From assembly GCF_024223415.1 (NCBI RefSeq), contig NZ_CP100500.1: a DNA stretch of 64,000 bases; one strand, 5' to 3'. This document shows positions 29,133 through 38,174 of this stretch, piece by piece. The notes below the pieces were generated by a model. It saw nothing but the letters and a program-made list of their open reading frames with translations. It made no database searches and was not told the origin of the DNA. The position numbers and the translations under genes are program-made. The DNA is from Escherichia coli (GTDB lineage Bacteria; Pseudomonadota; Gammaproteobacteria; Enterobacterales; Enterobacteriaceae). How positions within the stretch are numbered: the first letter of the stretch is position 1; every line of letters begins with the position of its first letter.

Positions 29133-30014
29133 ATGGGTATGCTGGAAAGAGAGATGAAAAACCTGGCGCGGCAGGCTGGCGGGTCGCACAAGACTGTCCA
29201 TGACCGTATCGCCATGGCAGGACGTTTCTGCGAACGCCTGATGGAACTGAACGTTCAGATACGCTATGTCCACCATTTAAAGGCGAAGCATATTGAGGCG
29301 TATATTCAGATGCGGCTGGCGCAGGGGATTCAGAAAAATACGCTGCATAACGAAACGGCGGCTATCCGTAAAATCCTGACGCAGGCCGGGCGCGAAAAGC
29401 TGGCGCAGAGTGAACGGATATCGAATAAATCGCTGGGGCTGGCTGGCGTATCCCGCAATGGTACGCGGAAAGCCATCACGCCGGAATATTATCAACAGAT
29501 GGCAGAGGCTGCCCGGCTGAAAGATGCGGGGCTGGCGGCGGCGCTGGAACTGACGCGGCTGATGGGGCTACGCTCTCAGGAGGCAGTACGCTGTTCCGGT
29601 TCGCTGAAAACCTGGCGCGAAGCACTGGAGAAAGGTGATACCCGGCTAACCGTGGTACTCGGTACCAAAGGTGGACGGCCCCGTGACACGATTATTCAGG
29701 ATACTGGCGCAGTTAAACAGGCGCTGGATAAGGCCATCGTGGTGGCAGAACGGCGCAACGGCAGGCTGATTGATGCGGCGAGCCTTAAACAGGCAATGAA
29801 ATACTGGCGCAACCAGACTTTGCGTATGGGGCTGACGGGCAAATACTCCCCGCACTCACTGCGCTACGCCTGGGCGCAGGACGATATCTGCCGGTATCTG
29901 GCGCAGGGGTTCAGCGAAAAAGAAGCGCTGGCGATGGTGGCAATGGACCTAGGGCATGGCGACGGGCGTGGTCGCTGGGTGAAGCAGGTGTATGCACGGA
30001 ATGATGAAGCGTGA
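29133..30014 (+). CDS. Tyrosine-recombinase-like 'integrase domain' protein
   Basis: Candidate catalytic residues are in order: 'GLRSQEA' (R), 'TKGGRPR' (K), 'HSLRYAWA' (HxxR), 'LGHGDGRGRWVKQVY' (H...Y). The ATG at 29133 follows GAGGAAAA. Confidence 0.6.
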   Translation: MGMLEREMKNLARQAGGSHKTVHDRIAMAGRFCERLMELNVQIRYVHHLKAKHIEAYIQMRLAQGIQKNTLHNETAAIRKILTQAGREKLAQSERISNKSLGLAGVSRNGTRKAITPEYYQQMAEAARLKDAGLAAALELTRLMGLRSQEAVRCSGSLKTWREALEKGDTRLTVVLGTKGGRPRDTIIQDTGAVKQALDKAIVVAERRNGRLIDAASLKQAMKYWRNQTLRMGLTGKYSPHSLRYAWAQDDICRYLAQGFSEKEALAMVAMDLGHGDGRGRWVKQVYARNDEA

Positions 30015-30144
30015 TTTTTTGCTGGCGCAGCGAAAGGAAAAAGGCCAAAGGGTAAAGGTGGGTTAAGGGTAACAGCTCCTTACCGGAAAGGGCCAAAGGG
30101 TTGGGACTGGCGCAGATCGACGTCTATCCACGGATATCTGGCGC

Positions 30145-30180
30145 AAATAAAAAGCAGATCCCTGATGCAGTGGATCTGCT
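30145..30180 (-). terminator. Rho-independent terminator downstream of the integrase (minus strand)
   Basis: Stem AGCAGATCC (30153-30161) / GGATCTGCT (30172-30180), followed on the minus strand by TTTTTATTT. Confidence 0.65.
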
Positions 30181-30195
30181 TTCCGGCATTGTCCG

Positions 30196-31463
30196 TTAGC
30201 TGGCGCAGGCCGCCTGAATCTGCCTGTCATACCGATACGGCGGGATAAATTTCTGCCGACAGGCGTCGAGATAATCCGACCACCACTGCATCATCTGTGT
30301 GCGCTCGTCGAGGTGCTCCGCCTTGTGGATATACGCGGCACGAACGTGATTACGCTCCTGATGGCTCATTTGTCGCTCCACGGCGTCTTTTGACCAGCGC
30401 CCGGACTCGATCAGCGCACTACAGGCCATCGTGCGGAAACCGTGACCGCAAACATCTGCCTGTGTGTTGTAGCCCATAACCCGCAGTGCTTTGTTGATGG
30501 TGTTTTCGCTCATCGGCTTACGCGGATCGTGGTCGCCGGGAAACAGTAACTCACTACTGCCGGACAACAGTTTTAACTGTTTGAGTATTGTCACCGCCTG
30601 CGCTGACAACGGCACCAGATGCTGCATCTTCATCTTTGCGCCGCGATTTGAATAACGCACGCCCGGAATCGGCTCCCGCTCCGCCGGGATGGTCCACATT
30701 GCGCCATCCAGATTGATCTCCGTCCAGCGGGCAAAACGTAGCTCGCTGGAACGGATAAAGATCAGCAGATTAAGCTGTACCGCCAGACGGGTTAACAGCC
30801 TGCCGGAATAGCCTTCAATACGCTCCAGCATCTCCGGTATTTTCTCCAGCGGCAGGGCGGGGTAGTGGTTTTTGGGCGGCGGTGCGATAGCCCCGGTCAG
30901 ATCGTTCGCCGGATTGCTGTCGATTATCCCCTCCTGCACCGCGTAACGCATGATTGCCGTGGTGCGCTGCTGAATCCGTGCAGCGGTCTCCAGCGTACCT
31001 TTTCGTTCCGCCACCCGCAGCGGGATCAGCAGATCGGCAGTTTTCAAATCAGAGACCGGAATTTGCCGATCAGTGGAAAAACATGCAGCTCCAGCGAGCG
31101 CAGGACTTTGGCGGCATGGGCTTCATTCCAGCGGATATTGCCCGCTACCCACTTACGGGCGATATCTTCAAAGGTGTTGCCGCTTTTACGTGCAAACTTC
31201 TCCTGCTGTTTTTTCACGCCGGGATCGCTGCCTGCGCTCAATACCGAGCGGGCATCCTCGCGCAGCTTGCGGGCATTTGCCAGAGAAACGGCCGGGTAAG
31301 CACCAAACGCCAGCTTCTTCTCTTTACCGCCGAAGCGGTACTTGAGGTGCCAGAGTTTAGATCCGTTGGGCTTTATCAGCAGGTACAGACCCTGCGCATC
31401 GCTGAGTTTCCAGGATTTATCAAGCGGCTTTGCATTACGGATGGCGGTATCGGTGAGGGACAT
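30196..31463 (-). pseudogene. int: P4-type tyrosine integrase, split by a 1-nt frameshift near 31057-31061
   Basis: The N-terminal ORF 'MSLTDTAIRNAKP...FPLIGKFRSLI*' continues in another frame as '(PVSDL)KTADLLIPLRVAERKGTLE...GHGFRTMA...'. It lies next to the tRNA-Phe repeat. Confidence 0.85.
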
Positions 31464-31625
31464 AGTGGGGCTCCATAGTTTATCGAACCGACGGGCCCCC
31501 AATTAAGCCCCCAAAAACTATGGATGTCAAAAAATCTGGCAGTACCTGTTGGTACTCCAGACTCTTTGTAACTAACTGATTTTTTGATGTTTCAGGACTC
31601 ATAGAGACGCCATGAAACTAAATAG

Positions 31626-31647
31626 TGGTGCCGGACTCGGAATCGAA
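31626..31647 (-). repeat. Partial tRNA-Phe 3' end (22 nt, one C missing): int-proximal att repeat
   Basis: 'TGGTGCC-GGACTCGGAATCGAA' against the reverse complement of the tRNA-Phe 3' end. It lies ~160 nt upstream of the int start. Confidence 0.8.
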
Positions 31648-31757
31648 TATTTCATTTATCATATTGATATTTGTGTGATTTATTTGGTTTGATTAAAAAT
31701 GTACCCTCATTTGTACCCGTAGTCCCTTTTGATATTGAAAGGGAATCACACTCGGGA

Positions 31758-32600
31758 TCAGGCTGAGAGCACAGAAAGAAAGTGCTTGGCTATTATATCG
31801 TTAATTCTGTCAATCAGTTCCAGCCTTTTGAAAGTGATGTGTGCAGATCCCTTCTTAAAATATTTAATGATGAACATCTCGTCTTCATAGCGCTCTTTAC
31901 CCTGAACGGACTGGATGTGACCATCCAGACGAATAGTGATGTTTTCCCGGTTGTCGGGGATGGGGGTGCCGCTGAACAGATGTAGCATTCTTTCCAGGTC
32001 GGCGAGTCGGTCAGTCTCTTGTCCGGTGATAAGATGAAATCCCCACCGGTCCCATCTCACCAGATTGTTGATAATGATTTTACTTCCAAATTTACAGGGA
32101 GAGTTGGTTTTATAATTCCAGCTCAGTTCCCTGAAGACGTTAATCACTCCCCGCTTAAACACCTCATCCTTGTTCTGGTGCAGTTGTTCAAATGTGCTCA
32201 GAATGTTCGCTTCGCTGATTTCCGGAAAATTATCGTACTCCAGTGACCGGTACCATGTATCACGGGCCTGTGCATCCATTAATGACAGCATCCCGGAACG
32301 TTGCATCAGGTCACGCCAGATTTCACGGTCAAGGTTGCGGGTAATGGCTTTCATTATGGTTTCCGGTTTCTCAGTCAGCCAGCAACCACAGCGAAAATCC
32401 TGTTTCATGGCCCAGTCCGGGGCGGTTTTATCTCCAATACTTTCTGTCATTGCTGAGATTTCTGTCAGTTGCCGGATAAGTGTGTCGATTTGCATCAGTG
32501 TGGTCTTTCGTACAGCCAGAATGTGTCCGATTGAGGTGGAACAGATAACGTCCGTATGCCCGTTGACCACTTCAGGACGGGAGATTGTGATACCTGACAT
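31758..32600 (-). CDS. DUF4942-type protein (CP4-like island end gene)
   Basis: 280 aa ORF. I recognise the sequence as the DUF4942 family that commonly follows cbtA-type modules. Confidence 0.6.
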   Translation of the reverse strand: MSGITISRPEVVNGHTDVICSTSIGHILAVRKTTLMQIDTLIRQLTEISAMTESIGDKTAPDWAMKQDFRCGCWLTEKPETIMKAITRNLDREIWRDLMQRSGMLSLMDAQARDTWYRSLEYDNFPEISEANILSTFEQLHQNKDEVFKRGVINVFRELSWNYKTNSPCKFGSKIIINNLVRWDRWGFHLITGQETDRLADLERMLHLFSGTPIPDNRENITIRLDGHIQSVQGKERYEDEMFIIKYFKKGSAHITFKRLELIDRINDIIAKHFLSVLSA

Positions 32601-32684
32601 AATCGTTTTTCCTTTTTGCCGATAAATGAAAACGTCAGCCCTGTTCAGGCTGGCGTCAGTGGAGTGAAGTATAGTGAGTGAGAC

Positions 32685-33038
32685 TCACGCGCTCAGGTGA
32701 ATGAGTTGCAGGTGACGCAGGGTACGGACATCTTCCCTGGCCTGTTCGATACAGGGCAACAATGCTGCCGAATCCGTTTTATCCTCATTGTTGTCAAAGA
32801 TAATCCCCGATTCGCAGTCGGATATTGTCCTGCAGCCACGCAATGTTGTAAACGGTGGTGGAGTGCAGGTTGACTGCTGGTCAGGGTCGTCCACCACGCG
32901 GAGTGAATAACCGTATTCAGCGACCTTGTTAATCAGTTCAGTGAGCTCAACACCATCAATGTCAACGACAATTCGCCCTATATTCAGTGCCTGTACGTTA
33001 ACGCTGTCTGCTTCCAATGTCAGGGCCAGTTTCATCAT
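32685..33038 (-). CDS. YeeW/DUF5983-like protein
   Basis: 117 aa ORF immediately downstream of, and overlapping, the CbtA-family toxin gene. Confidence 0.55.
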   Translation of the reverse strand: MMKLALTLEADSVNVQALNIGRIVVDIDGVELTELINKVAEYGYSLRVVDDPDQQSTCTPPPFTTLRGCRTISDCESGIIFDNNEDKTDSAALLPCIEQAREDVRTLRHLQLIHLSA

Positions 33039-33409
33039 TTCGCCTCCGGATACTTACCCAGGGTAATGTTATTTACCGTTCTGTAATTGTCGCGGGTCAT
33101 CAGGCCGGTCGCCCTGCGAGCCCGGAGGATATCGATGCTGTTTATTAACTGAGAGCGGGTACAGGTGCTGAATCCCGGCTGGTCGGTACGCACCAGCGCG
33201 TATTTTTCCACGAGAAAGTTCACCGCATCACACAGTGAAATGCCAGCCTCAATATGCTGCTCAATCACACGTTCATCGGCAAACGGTGTGTCATGCAGTG
33301 TGAGGCCGTAATGCTGGTCCAGCAGCCGGGTCAGCAGTATCTGCCAGATTTCAAGCGGAGACGGGCGTGAACTGGCCGCTTGCTTGGGTAATACAGGTAA
33401 TGTTTTCAT
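33035..33409 (-). CDS. CbtA/YkfI/YpjF-family type IV toxin
   Basis: 'MKTLPVLPKQAASSRPSPLEIWQILLTRLLDQHYGLTLHDTPF...' is typical of the family. Confidence 0.85.
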   Translation of the reverse strand: MKTLPVLPKQAASSRPSPLEIWQILLTRLLDQHYGLTLHDTPFADERVIEQHIEAGISLCDAVNFLVEKYALVRTDQPGFSTCTRSQLINSIDILRARRATGLMTRDNYRTVNNITLGKYPEAK

Positions 33410-33454
33410 TTTAAGTTCTCAGTAATGGGGGAGATAAAGGTGAGATATTCGGGA

Positions 33455-33817
33455 TTATGCTGTTGTTGCGGGAACTGCTGGTGTCGGATAAACAGCCATA
33501 TAAACGTAGCCACAACTGCCGAGGGTGTCGGCTTCGCAGGTCAGCCCTTTTGCATACAGCGTGACGGTATGCTGATGACGGGGACTGAGTTCACCGCTGG
33601 TGAGCATTAATTCCAGTTGTTTCATCAGCAGCGGAAAGGCCTGGTCCGGATGGTATGCATCTGCGTCGCTGAAGCGGCCTCTGATACCGGCGCGGTCGGC
33701 AAGGTAATGCAACCGGTTACCCTCCTGCACCAGACAGGCCCCGAAACAGGGCGTCACGGTGCAGGGTAGTCCCCACCAGGGGCGGTCGTGATTGTCGTCG
33801 GGGAGTGTGTCTGACAC
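33455..33817 (-). CDS. CbeA/YeeU-family antitoxin
   Basis: '...WWGLPCTVTPCFGACLVQEGNRLHYLADRAG...'; sits upstream of the toxin. Confidence 0.85.
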   Translation of the reverse strand: MSDTLPDDNHDRPWWGLPCTVTPCFGACLVQEGNRLHYLADRAGIRGRFSDADAYHPDQAFPLLMKQLELMLTSGELSPRHQHTVTLYAKGLTCEADTLGSCGYVYMAVYPTPAVPATTA

Positions 33818-33892
33818 GATAAAGTCCTCACAGAAAATCGGTTAAGAATGGTCCGGTAGTGGCGATAATTCTGCTCATCAGAATGCCCTGAC

Positions 33893-34114
33893 TCAGTTCA
33901 GGGTGACACTCATCAGGCGGACATACGGGCCAAAACTGTCCTTACGGCGTTCTGCAAATACAGCCAGCACACCGGGAATATCCTGCACTTCACGACCGGT
34001 ATACGCCTCAGCACTGCCGTGCCAGCGGTATTTACCGGTACAGAACGGAAAAAGACGGGATGTCGGATGTTGTTGGTGAATACGCATGGCTTCACCACGG
34101 GTGATAATTTTCAT
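33893..34114 (-). CDS. YeeT/DUF987-family protein
   Basis: 73 aa; conserved position between radC-like and the antitoxin. Confidence 0.65.
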   Translation of the reverse strand: MKIITRGEAMRIHQQHPTSRLFPFCTGKYRWHGSAEAYTGREVQDIPGVLAVFAERRKDSFGPYVRLMSVTLN

Positions 34115-34176
34115 AATGGGATACCTCTGAAGACAGAAGATAAAAGTGAAAACAGGTGTGATGTGGTTGTGACGGG

Positions 34177-34653
34177 TTAAAGCAGACCATGTTCGGCAAA
34201 GGAGAAAACCTGGCTGCCACCGACTATCAGATGGTCCGGCACCCGGATATCCACCAGGCCCAGTGCCTGTACCAGACGTTCCGTGATAAGGCGGTCTGCC
34301 TTGCTGGGTGTGACTTCACCGGACGGGTGATTGTGCGCCAGCACCACGGCAGCGGCATTGTGGTACAGGGCGCGTTTAATCACTTCCCGGGGATGGACTT
34401 CCGTGCGGTTGATGGTGCCGGTGAAGAGGGTTTCACCGGCAATCAGCTGATTCTGGTTATTCAGATACAGCACCCGGAATTCTTCACGCTCCAGTCCCGC
34501 CATGTTCAGAATCAGCCATTCCCGTGCCGCACGGGTGGAGGTGAAGGCCACGCCGGGTTCATGAAGATGGCGGTCCAGGGCTTTCAGGGCCCGCTGAATG
34601 AGGCTGCGCTCGCCGGGCGTCATCGCTCCGGGCAGAAAGGAAAGCTGCTGCAT
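34177..34653 (-). CDS. RadC-like JAB-domain protein (YeeS-type)
   Basis: JAMM motif 'VLAHNHPSGEVTPSKAD'. Confidence 0.85.
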   Translation of the reverse strand: MQQLSFLPGAMTPGERSLIQRALKALDRHLHEPGVAFTSTRAAREWLILNMAGLEREEFRVLYLNNQNQLIAGETLFTGTINRTEVHPREVIKRALYHNAAAVVLAHNHPSGEVTPSKADRLITERLVQALGLVDIRVPDHLIVGGSQVFSFAEHGLL

Positions 34654-34668
34654 TGTCCCTGCCTCCAT

Positions 34669-35157
34669 TCAGTCGATAATGCGCATAATGGCGCTGCATT
34701 CCGGATGCTGCAGGGCGTAATCCCGCAGCCGGTAATAATGGACCGTCATGGCATAACACTCCGTACGACAGGCATGATGACTGTACGTCATCAGACAGGC
34801 AGCAATGCCGGCGGCTTCCGGGCTCATTTCAGCGCGGTTACCGTTCATGGCATTGAACAGTACCCATGTTTCGTCATCATCGTCATCCGGTTCGGGTGCC
34901 ATAAATGCCCCGCCATTGTTCAGGGTGTACAGATTCCAGATACCACCGCAGTAGTCTTCGCACAGACGGTCCATCCAGCCGAAGACACGGGGCTCCAGGG
35001 CCACCCACTGTGGAATGAGGCCAAAGTGCTGCGGCCAGAAGCTGATGCGCTGTTCATCAGGGACTATGGTGGCAACCAGTTGAGACTGGTTATTCCCTGA
35101 TGCAACGGTTACGGAAACAGAAGGTGTGGTGGAATTATGCGAAGAGGTTGTCATGAG
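34669..35157 (-). CDS. Antirestriction protein (ArdB/KlcA, YfjX-type)
   Basis: Family-typical sequence '...FWPQHFGLIPQWVALEPRVFGWMDRLCEDYCGGIWNLY...' and synteny. Confidence 0.7.
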   Translation of the reverse strand, partial: LMTTSSHNSTTPSVSVTVASGNNQSQLVATIVPDEQRISFWPQHFGLIPQWVALEPRVFGWMDRLCEDYCGGIWNLYTLNNGGAFMAPEPDDDDDETWVLFNAMNGNRAEMSPEAAGIAACLMTYSHHACRTECYAMTVHYYRLRDYALQHPECSAIMRIID

Positions 35158-35245
35158 ATTATTCCTTATAAAAAGCAAATGAATGGAAGAATGCCTGGGG
35201 ACTGGTACAGACGTGAGTCAGGGCTGCACTTTCAGGGAAACAGCA

Positions 35246-36064
35246 TCAGCGCAGGCTCTCCAGCAGCGTTTCTGCCATCACCCACAATGCGCGGTTGAGC
35301 CTAATGTCCGTGTCGATGCTGTGAATGGCACGGGTGTGGATACGTTTTCCTTTAGCGCTGCGACCGGAAATCCCGCCTTTCAGCATATTCTCCTGGATGG
35401 TCTGATATGCACTCCACAGGTCCTTACCGTAATCCTCCCTGCGTCGTGGCGTCAGAATGTCGGCGGTGGTGACCGGCTGATGTTCGTCACCATAACGGTA
35501 AGTCAGTGCCGCCTGTGCCAGCGCCTGACGTGCCGGTGGCGGCAGGACCAGAGACTGCATGGCATCACGCTTTTCCTCAATCCGGTCAAAAACGCCCACT
35601 ACCTCGTAAGCCCCTTCAATGACTCTGTCCACCACATTTCCCCGGTGGGGCACACGGACTTCCCCCAGAGACTGACCGCAGACGCAGCCGTTCTGGCAGA
35701 CGAATCTGAAGTAACCCGGCAGCATCTGGTAGCTGGAGGTACCGTCATGGGAGTTGAGCAGAATAATTTCAGGGACATGTTGTCCGGTTATCTCCCCGGC
35801 CCGCCGCAGACGCAGCATGTGTCTGGTGTATCCCCGGCGGCCCGGGTCGCGCACGCGGGTCTGGCAGGCGAAGAATGGCTGAAAACCTTCCCGCTGCAGG
35901 CTTTCCAGTACGGTGATGGTGGGAATGTACGCATAGCGTTCACTGCGGGAGGTATGCCGATCTTCCCCAAAAATACTGGGTACATAGTGCATCAGTTCTT
36001 CATGTGTCAGCGGACGGTCACGGCGTATCTGGTTTACATGACCAAAACGACTTGCTAATCGCAT
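35246..36064 (-). CDS. DUF932-family protein (YafZ/YfjQ-type)
   Basis: 272 aa; typical CP4-island gene order. Confidence 0.7.
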   Translation of the reverse strand: MRLASRFGHVNQIRRDRPLTHEELMHYVPSIFGEDRHTSRSERYAYIPTITVLESLQREGFQPFFACQTRVRDPGRRGYTRHMLRLRRAGEITGQHVPEIILLNSHDGTSSYQMLPGYFRFVCQNGCVCGQSLGEVRVPHRGNVVDRVIEGAYEVVGVFDRIEEKRDAMQSLVLPPPARQALAQAALTYRYGDEHQPVTTADILTPRRREDYGKDLWSAYQTIQENMLKGGISGRSAKGKRIHTRAIHSIDTDIRLNRALWVMAETLLESLR

Positions 36065-36154
36065 GATTTGCTCCTTATGAATGAGTTAGCGGTATAAATG
36101 AAAAAGCCGCGTCTCCCGGAGAAGACGCGGCCTGACCGATGAAATGAATGACGT

Positions 36155-36388
36155 TTATTGTCTGAGAAGCCCTTCACTGGCGAGCCACGCATTAAGTTGT
36201 TTGCCGGCATCGTATTCAAAATTCCAGCACCGCCAGCGCAACTGACATTCAGCATTGTGGATAACCAGCCGGAAATGCGTTCCCTGGTCATTTTCGATAA
36301 ACACATTGCGATAAGCTGTTGTGATGGCAACCGCCTGCTCTCGAGAGAAAGGGCCTTCGGGCAATAAAACAGGGTGACAGTCCGACAT
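36155..36388 (-). CDS. DUF905-family small protein
   Basis: 77 aa '[42 protein letters not shown]...'. Confidence 0.6.
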   Translation of the reverse strand: MSDCHPVLLPEGPFSREQAVAITTAYRNVFIENDQGTHFRLVIHNAECQLRWRCWNFEYDAGKQLNAWLASEGLLRQ

Positions 36389-36393
36389 ACCGG

Positions 36394-37071
36394 CTATTTT
36401 CCGATAAATTCAACGCTGGCACCGGTGGCATTACCGTCAGCACCAACCGTGACGGTCACTTTGTCGTACGCACGGTCTTCAGGATTGAACACTTCAAACT
36501 CAACCTTATTGCCTTTTACTTCGTAAGAGCCAAAATCAGCGGTTTCTGTTGTTTCCTCGTCATATTCCCGGGCGTATGCCTGCCGGGCAGCCTGCAGGAC
36601 GGAATCTTTATTAATGGCGGGTGTCTGTTTCGGGGAAAAATCGGCAAGTGATGTGACAAATTTCGGACAGACCTTCAGCATATCACCGCGGGTGAATTCC
36701 ATTCGTACACCAAATGCCTGTAAAACGGACACATCACGCTCTGCTATGGAGTGAACGGCTTTTTTGACCATTTCCGGCGCCTGTCCGACTTCCACCTCAA
36801 CAGCCCTGAATCCTGTCTGCTGATTACACATTTGTGATGTGGGGATCAGGTTACCGTTAATATTGATACGGCTGCCCAGGAGCGTCTGTACACCATTCGG
36901 GCATCCCTGCATCAGGCCGGTAATACCAATCGTGCCATTTTTCAGCATTACCAGCGCCTGACCATCTTCCGTCATGGTCTGACACCAGCCGTTTTTGACA
37001 GCCCAGTTGCCGGCGGAGGCGGAGAATGATGCCACAGTGAACAGCAGGGGAAAAAGAATTCTGGTATTCAT
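36394..37071 (-). CDS. Secreted protein of unknown function
   Basis: Signal peptide '[20 protein letters not shown]'; 225 aa with several Cys. Confidence 0.6.
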   Translation of the reverse strand: MNTRILFPLLFTVASFSASAGNWAVKNGWCQTMTEDGQALVMLKNGTIGITGLMQGCPNGVQTLLGSRININGNLIPTSQMCNQQTGFRAVEVEVGQAPEMVKKAVHSIAERDVSVLQAFGVRMEFTRGDMLKVCPKFVTSLADFSPKQTPAINKDSVLQAARQAYAREYDEETTETADFGSYEVKGNKVEFEVFNPEDRAYDKVTVTVGADGNATGASVEFIGK

Positions 37072-37189
37072 GACTGACCTCTGAAATTAAAGAGCGTGTT
37101 ATTGATAATGACAGACGGTATACGGCAGTGGTTACCGTAATCCGTTGTCGTGTAAAGGTATACGGTTGCCACGGGGGACTCCGGGGCGC

Positions 37190-38074
37190 TCAGAACAGGT
37201 GATCCCACAGTGTGACCAGCAGGTGGATAATGCGGTCCCGGGTTTTGCGCAGAAGCTGTAACATCCAGGCCGGAAAACTGAAACGGGCAACGGCGTCGTC
37301 AAAACTTTTCCCGATGGTTTCACCAAAAGTCTGTTGTGCGTGTTTCCGGGCCTGTTCAGAGCGGTTTTCCCCCCGGATATGTGAATAAACCGCACTGGTT
37401 GCCTGTGGTGGCAGTGCGTGGATCATCAGCGACACAAACGCCGGAAGGTTCCAGCCGACAGGTGCGGCAACGGAGAGTACCGGAAATGATGAAGGGAACA
37501 GGGTTGCCACCCGGGCTGTCACCGTCGCCAGTGAGAGCGCCTGCTGACGGGACGGGCATTTTTCTGTGTCGTTCCATTCTTCAGCAGGAAACACGCGATC
37601 GGCATGGCTGAGAACAAACAGAAAACGCGAGGGATCTGCACCTTCATTCAGTAAAAACTGATGCATGGCAATATCAGCAGCATACGCACGTTCATCAGCC
37701 CGCAGGATCCAGATAATCAGATCCAGTTCGGGCAGTAACTGACTGTAAAGTGCCCGGTATTCCTGATCATGCTGTGGTGTTTCGCCAGTGCCGGGCAGAT
37801 CGACCAGCGTCATTCTTCGTTCACCGGGCTGAAAGGTAAGACGATGAGCCTGACGGGTGCAGCCGTTCAGCGGATGCGTGGCGCAGACACGGGACTGAAA
37901 AATGGCATTGCACAGGCTGCTTTTTCCGGCACCGGATTTACCCATAATGCCAATAACGGGTTCGTACTGAATGACGCTGCGAAGATGTTCAAGGATTTTC
38001 TGGCGAATTTCTTCAGGAAGAAAGGTCAGATGTGACTTTACGTGTGCGGAGAGGGAAGAATGGCTGAATGACAT
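37190..38074 (-). CDS. YeeP/YkfA/YfjP-type GTPase
   Basis: G1 'GKSGAGKSS', G3 'DLPGTGE'. Confidence 0.8.
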   Translation of the reverse strand: MSFSHSSLSAHVKSHLTFLPEEIRQKILEHLRSVIQYEPVIGIMGKSGAGKSSLCNAIFQSRVCATHPLNGCTRQAHRLTFQPGERRMTLVDLPGTGETPQHDQEYRALYSQLLPELDLIIWILRADERAYAADIAMHQFLLNEGADPSRFLFVLSHADRVFPAEEWNDTEKCPSRQQALSLATVTARVATLFPSSFPVLSVAAPVGWNLPAFVSLMIHALPPQATSAVYSHIRGENRSEQARKHAQQTFGETIGKSFDDAVARFSFPAWMLQLLRKTRDRIIHLLVTLWDHLF

Positions 38075-38174
38075 ACCGTTATCCTGTTGATTTCACTGAA
38101 CCGGATCACATTAATCCGGCCTATCAGTCAGGTAATATGGACGTGAAAATTTTTCCATTGACGGGAAGAAGAGT

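Noticed and set aside
30865-31478. Plus-strand ORFs 30865..31299, 30954..31478 and 31073..31345
   Set aside because: They are antisense to the clearly recognisable P4-type integrase.
34189-36058. Large plus-strand ORFs 34189..35100 (303 aa) and 35183..36058 (291 aa)
   Set aside because: They are antisense to the radC-like, antirestriction and DUF932 genes, which have family-typical sequences. The plus-strand translations are low-complexity and Gly/Arg/His-rich.
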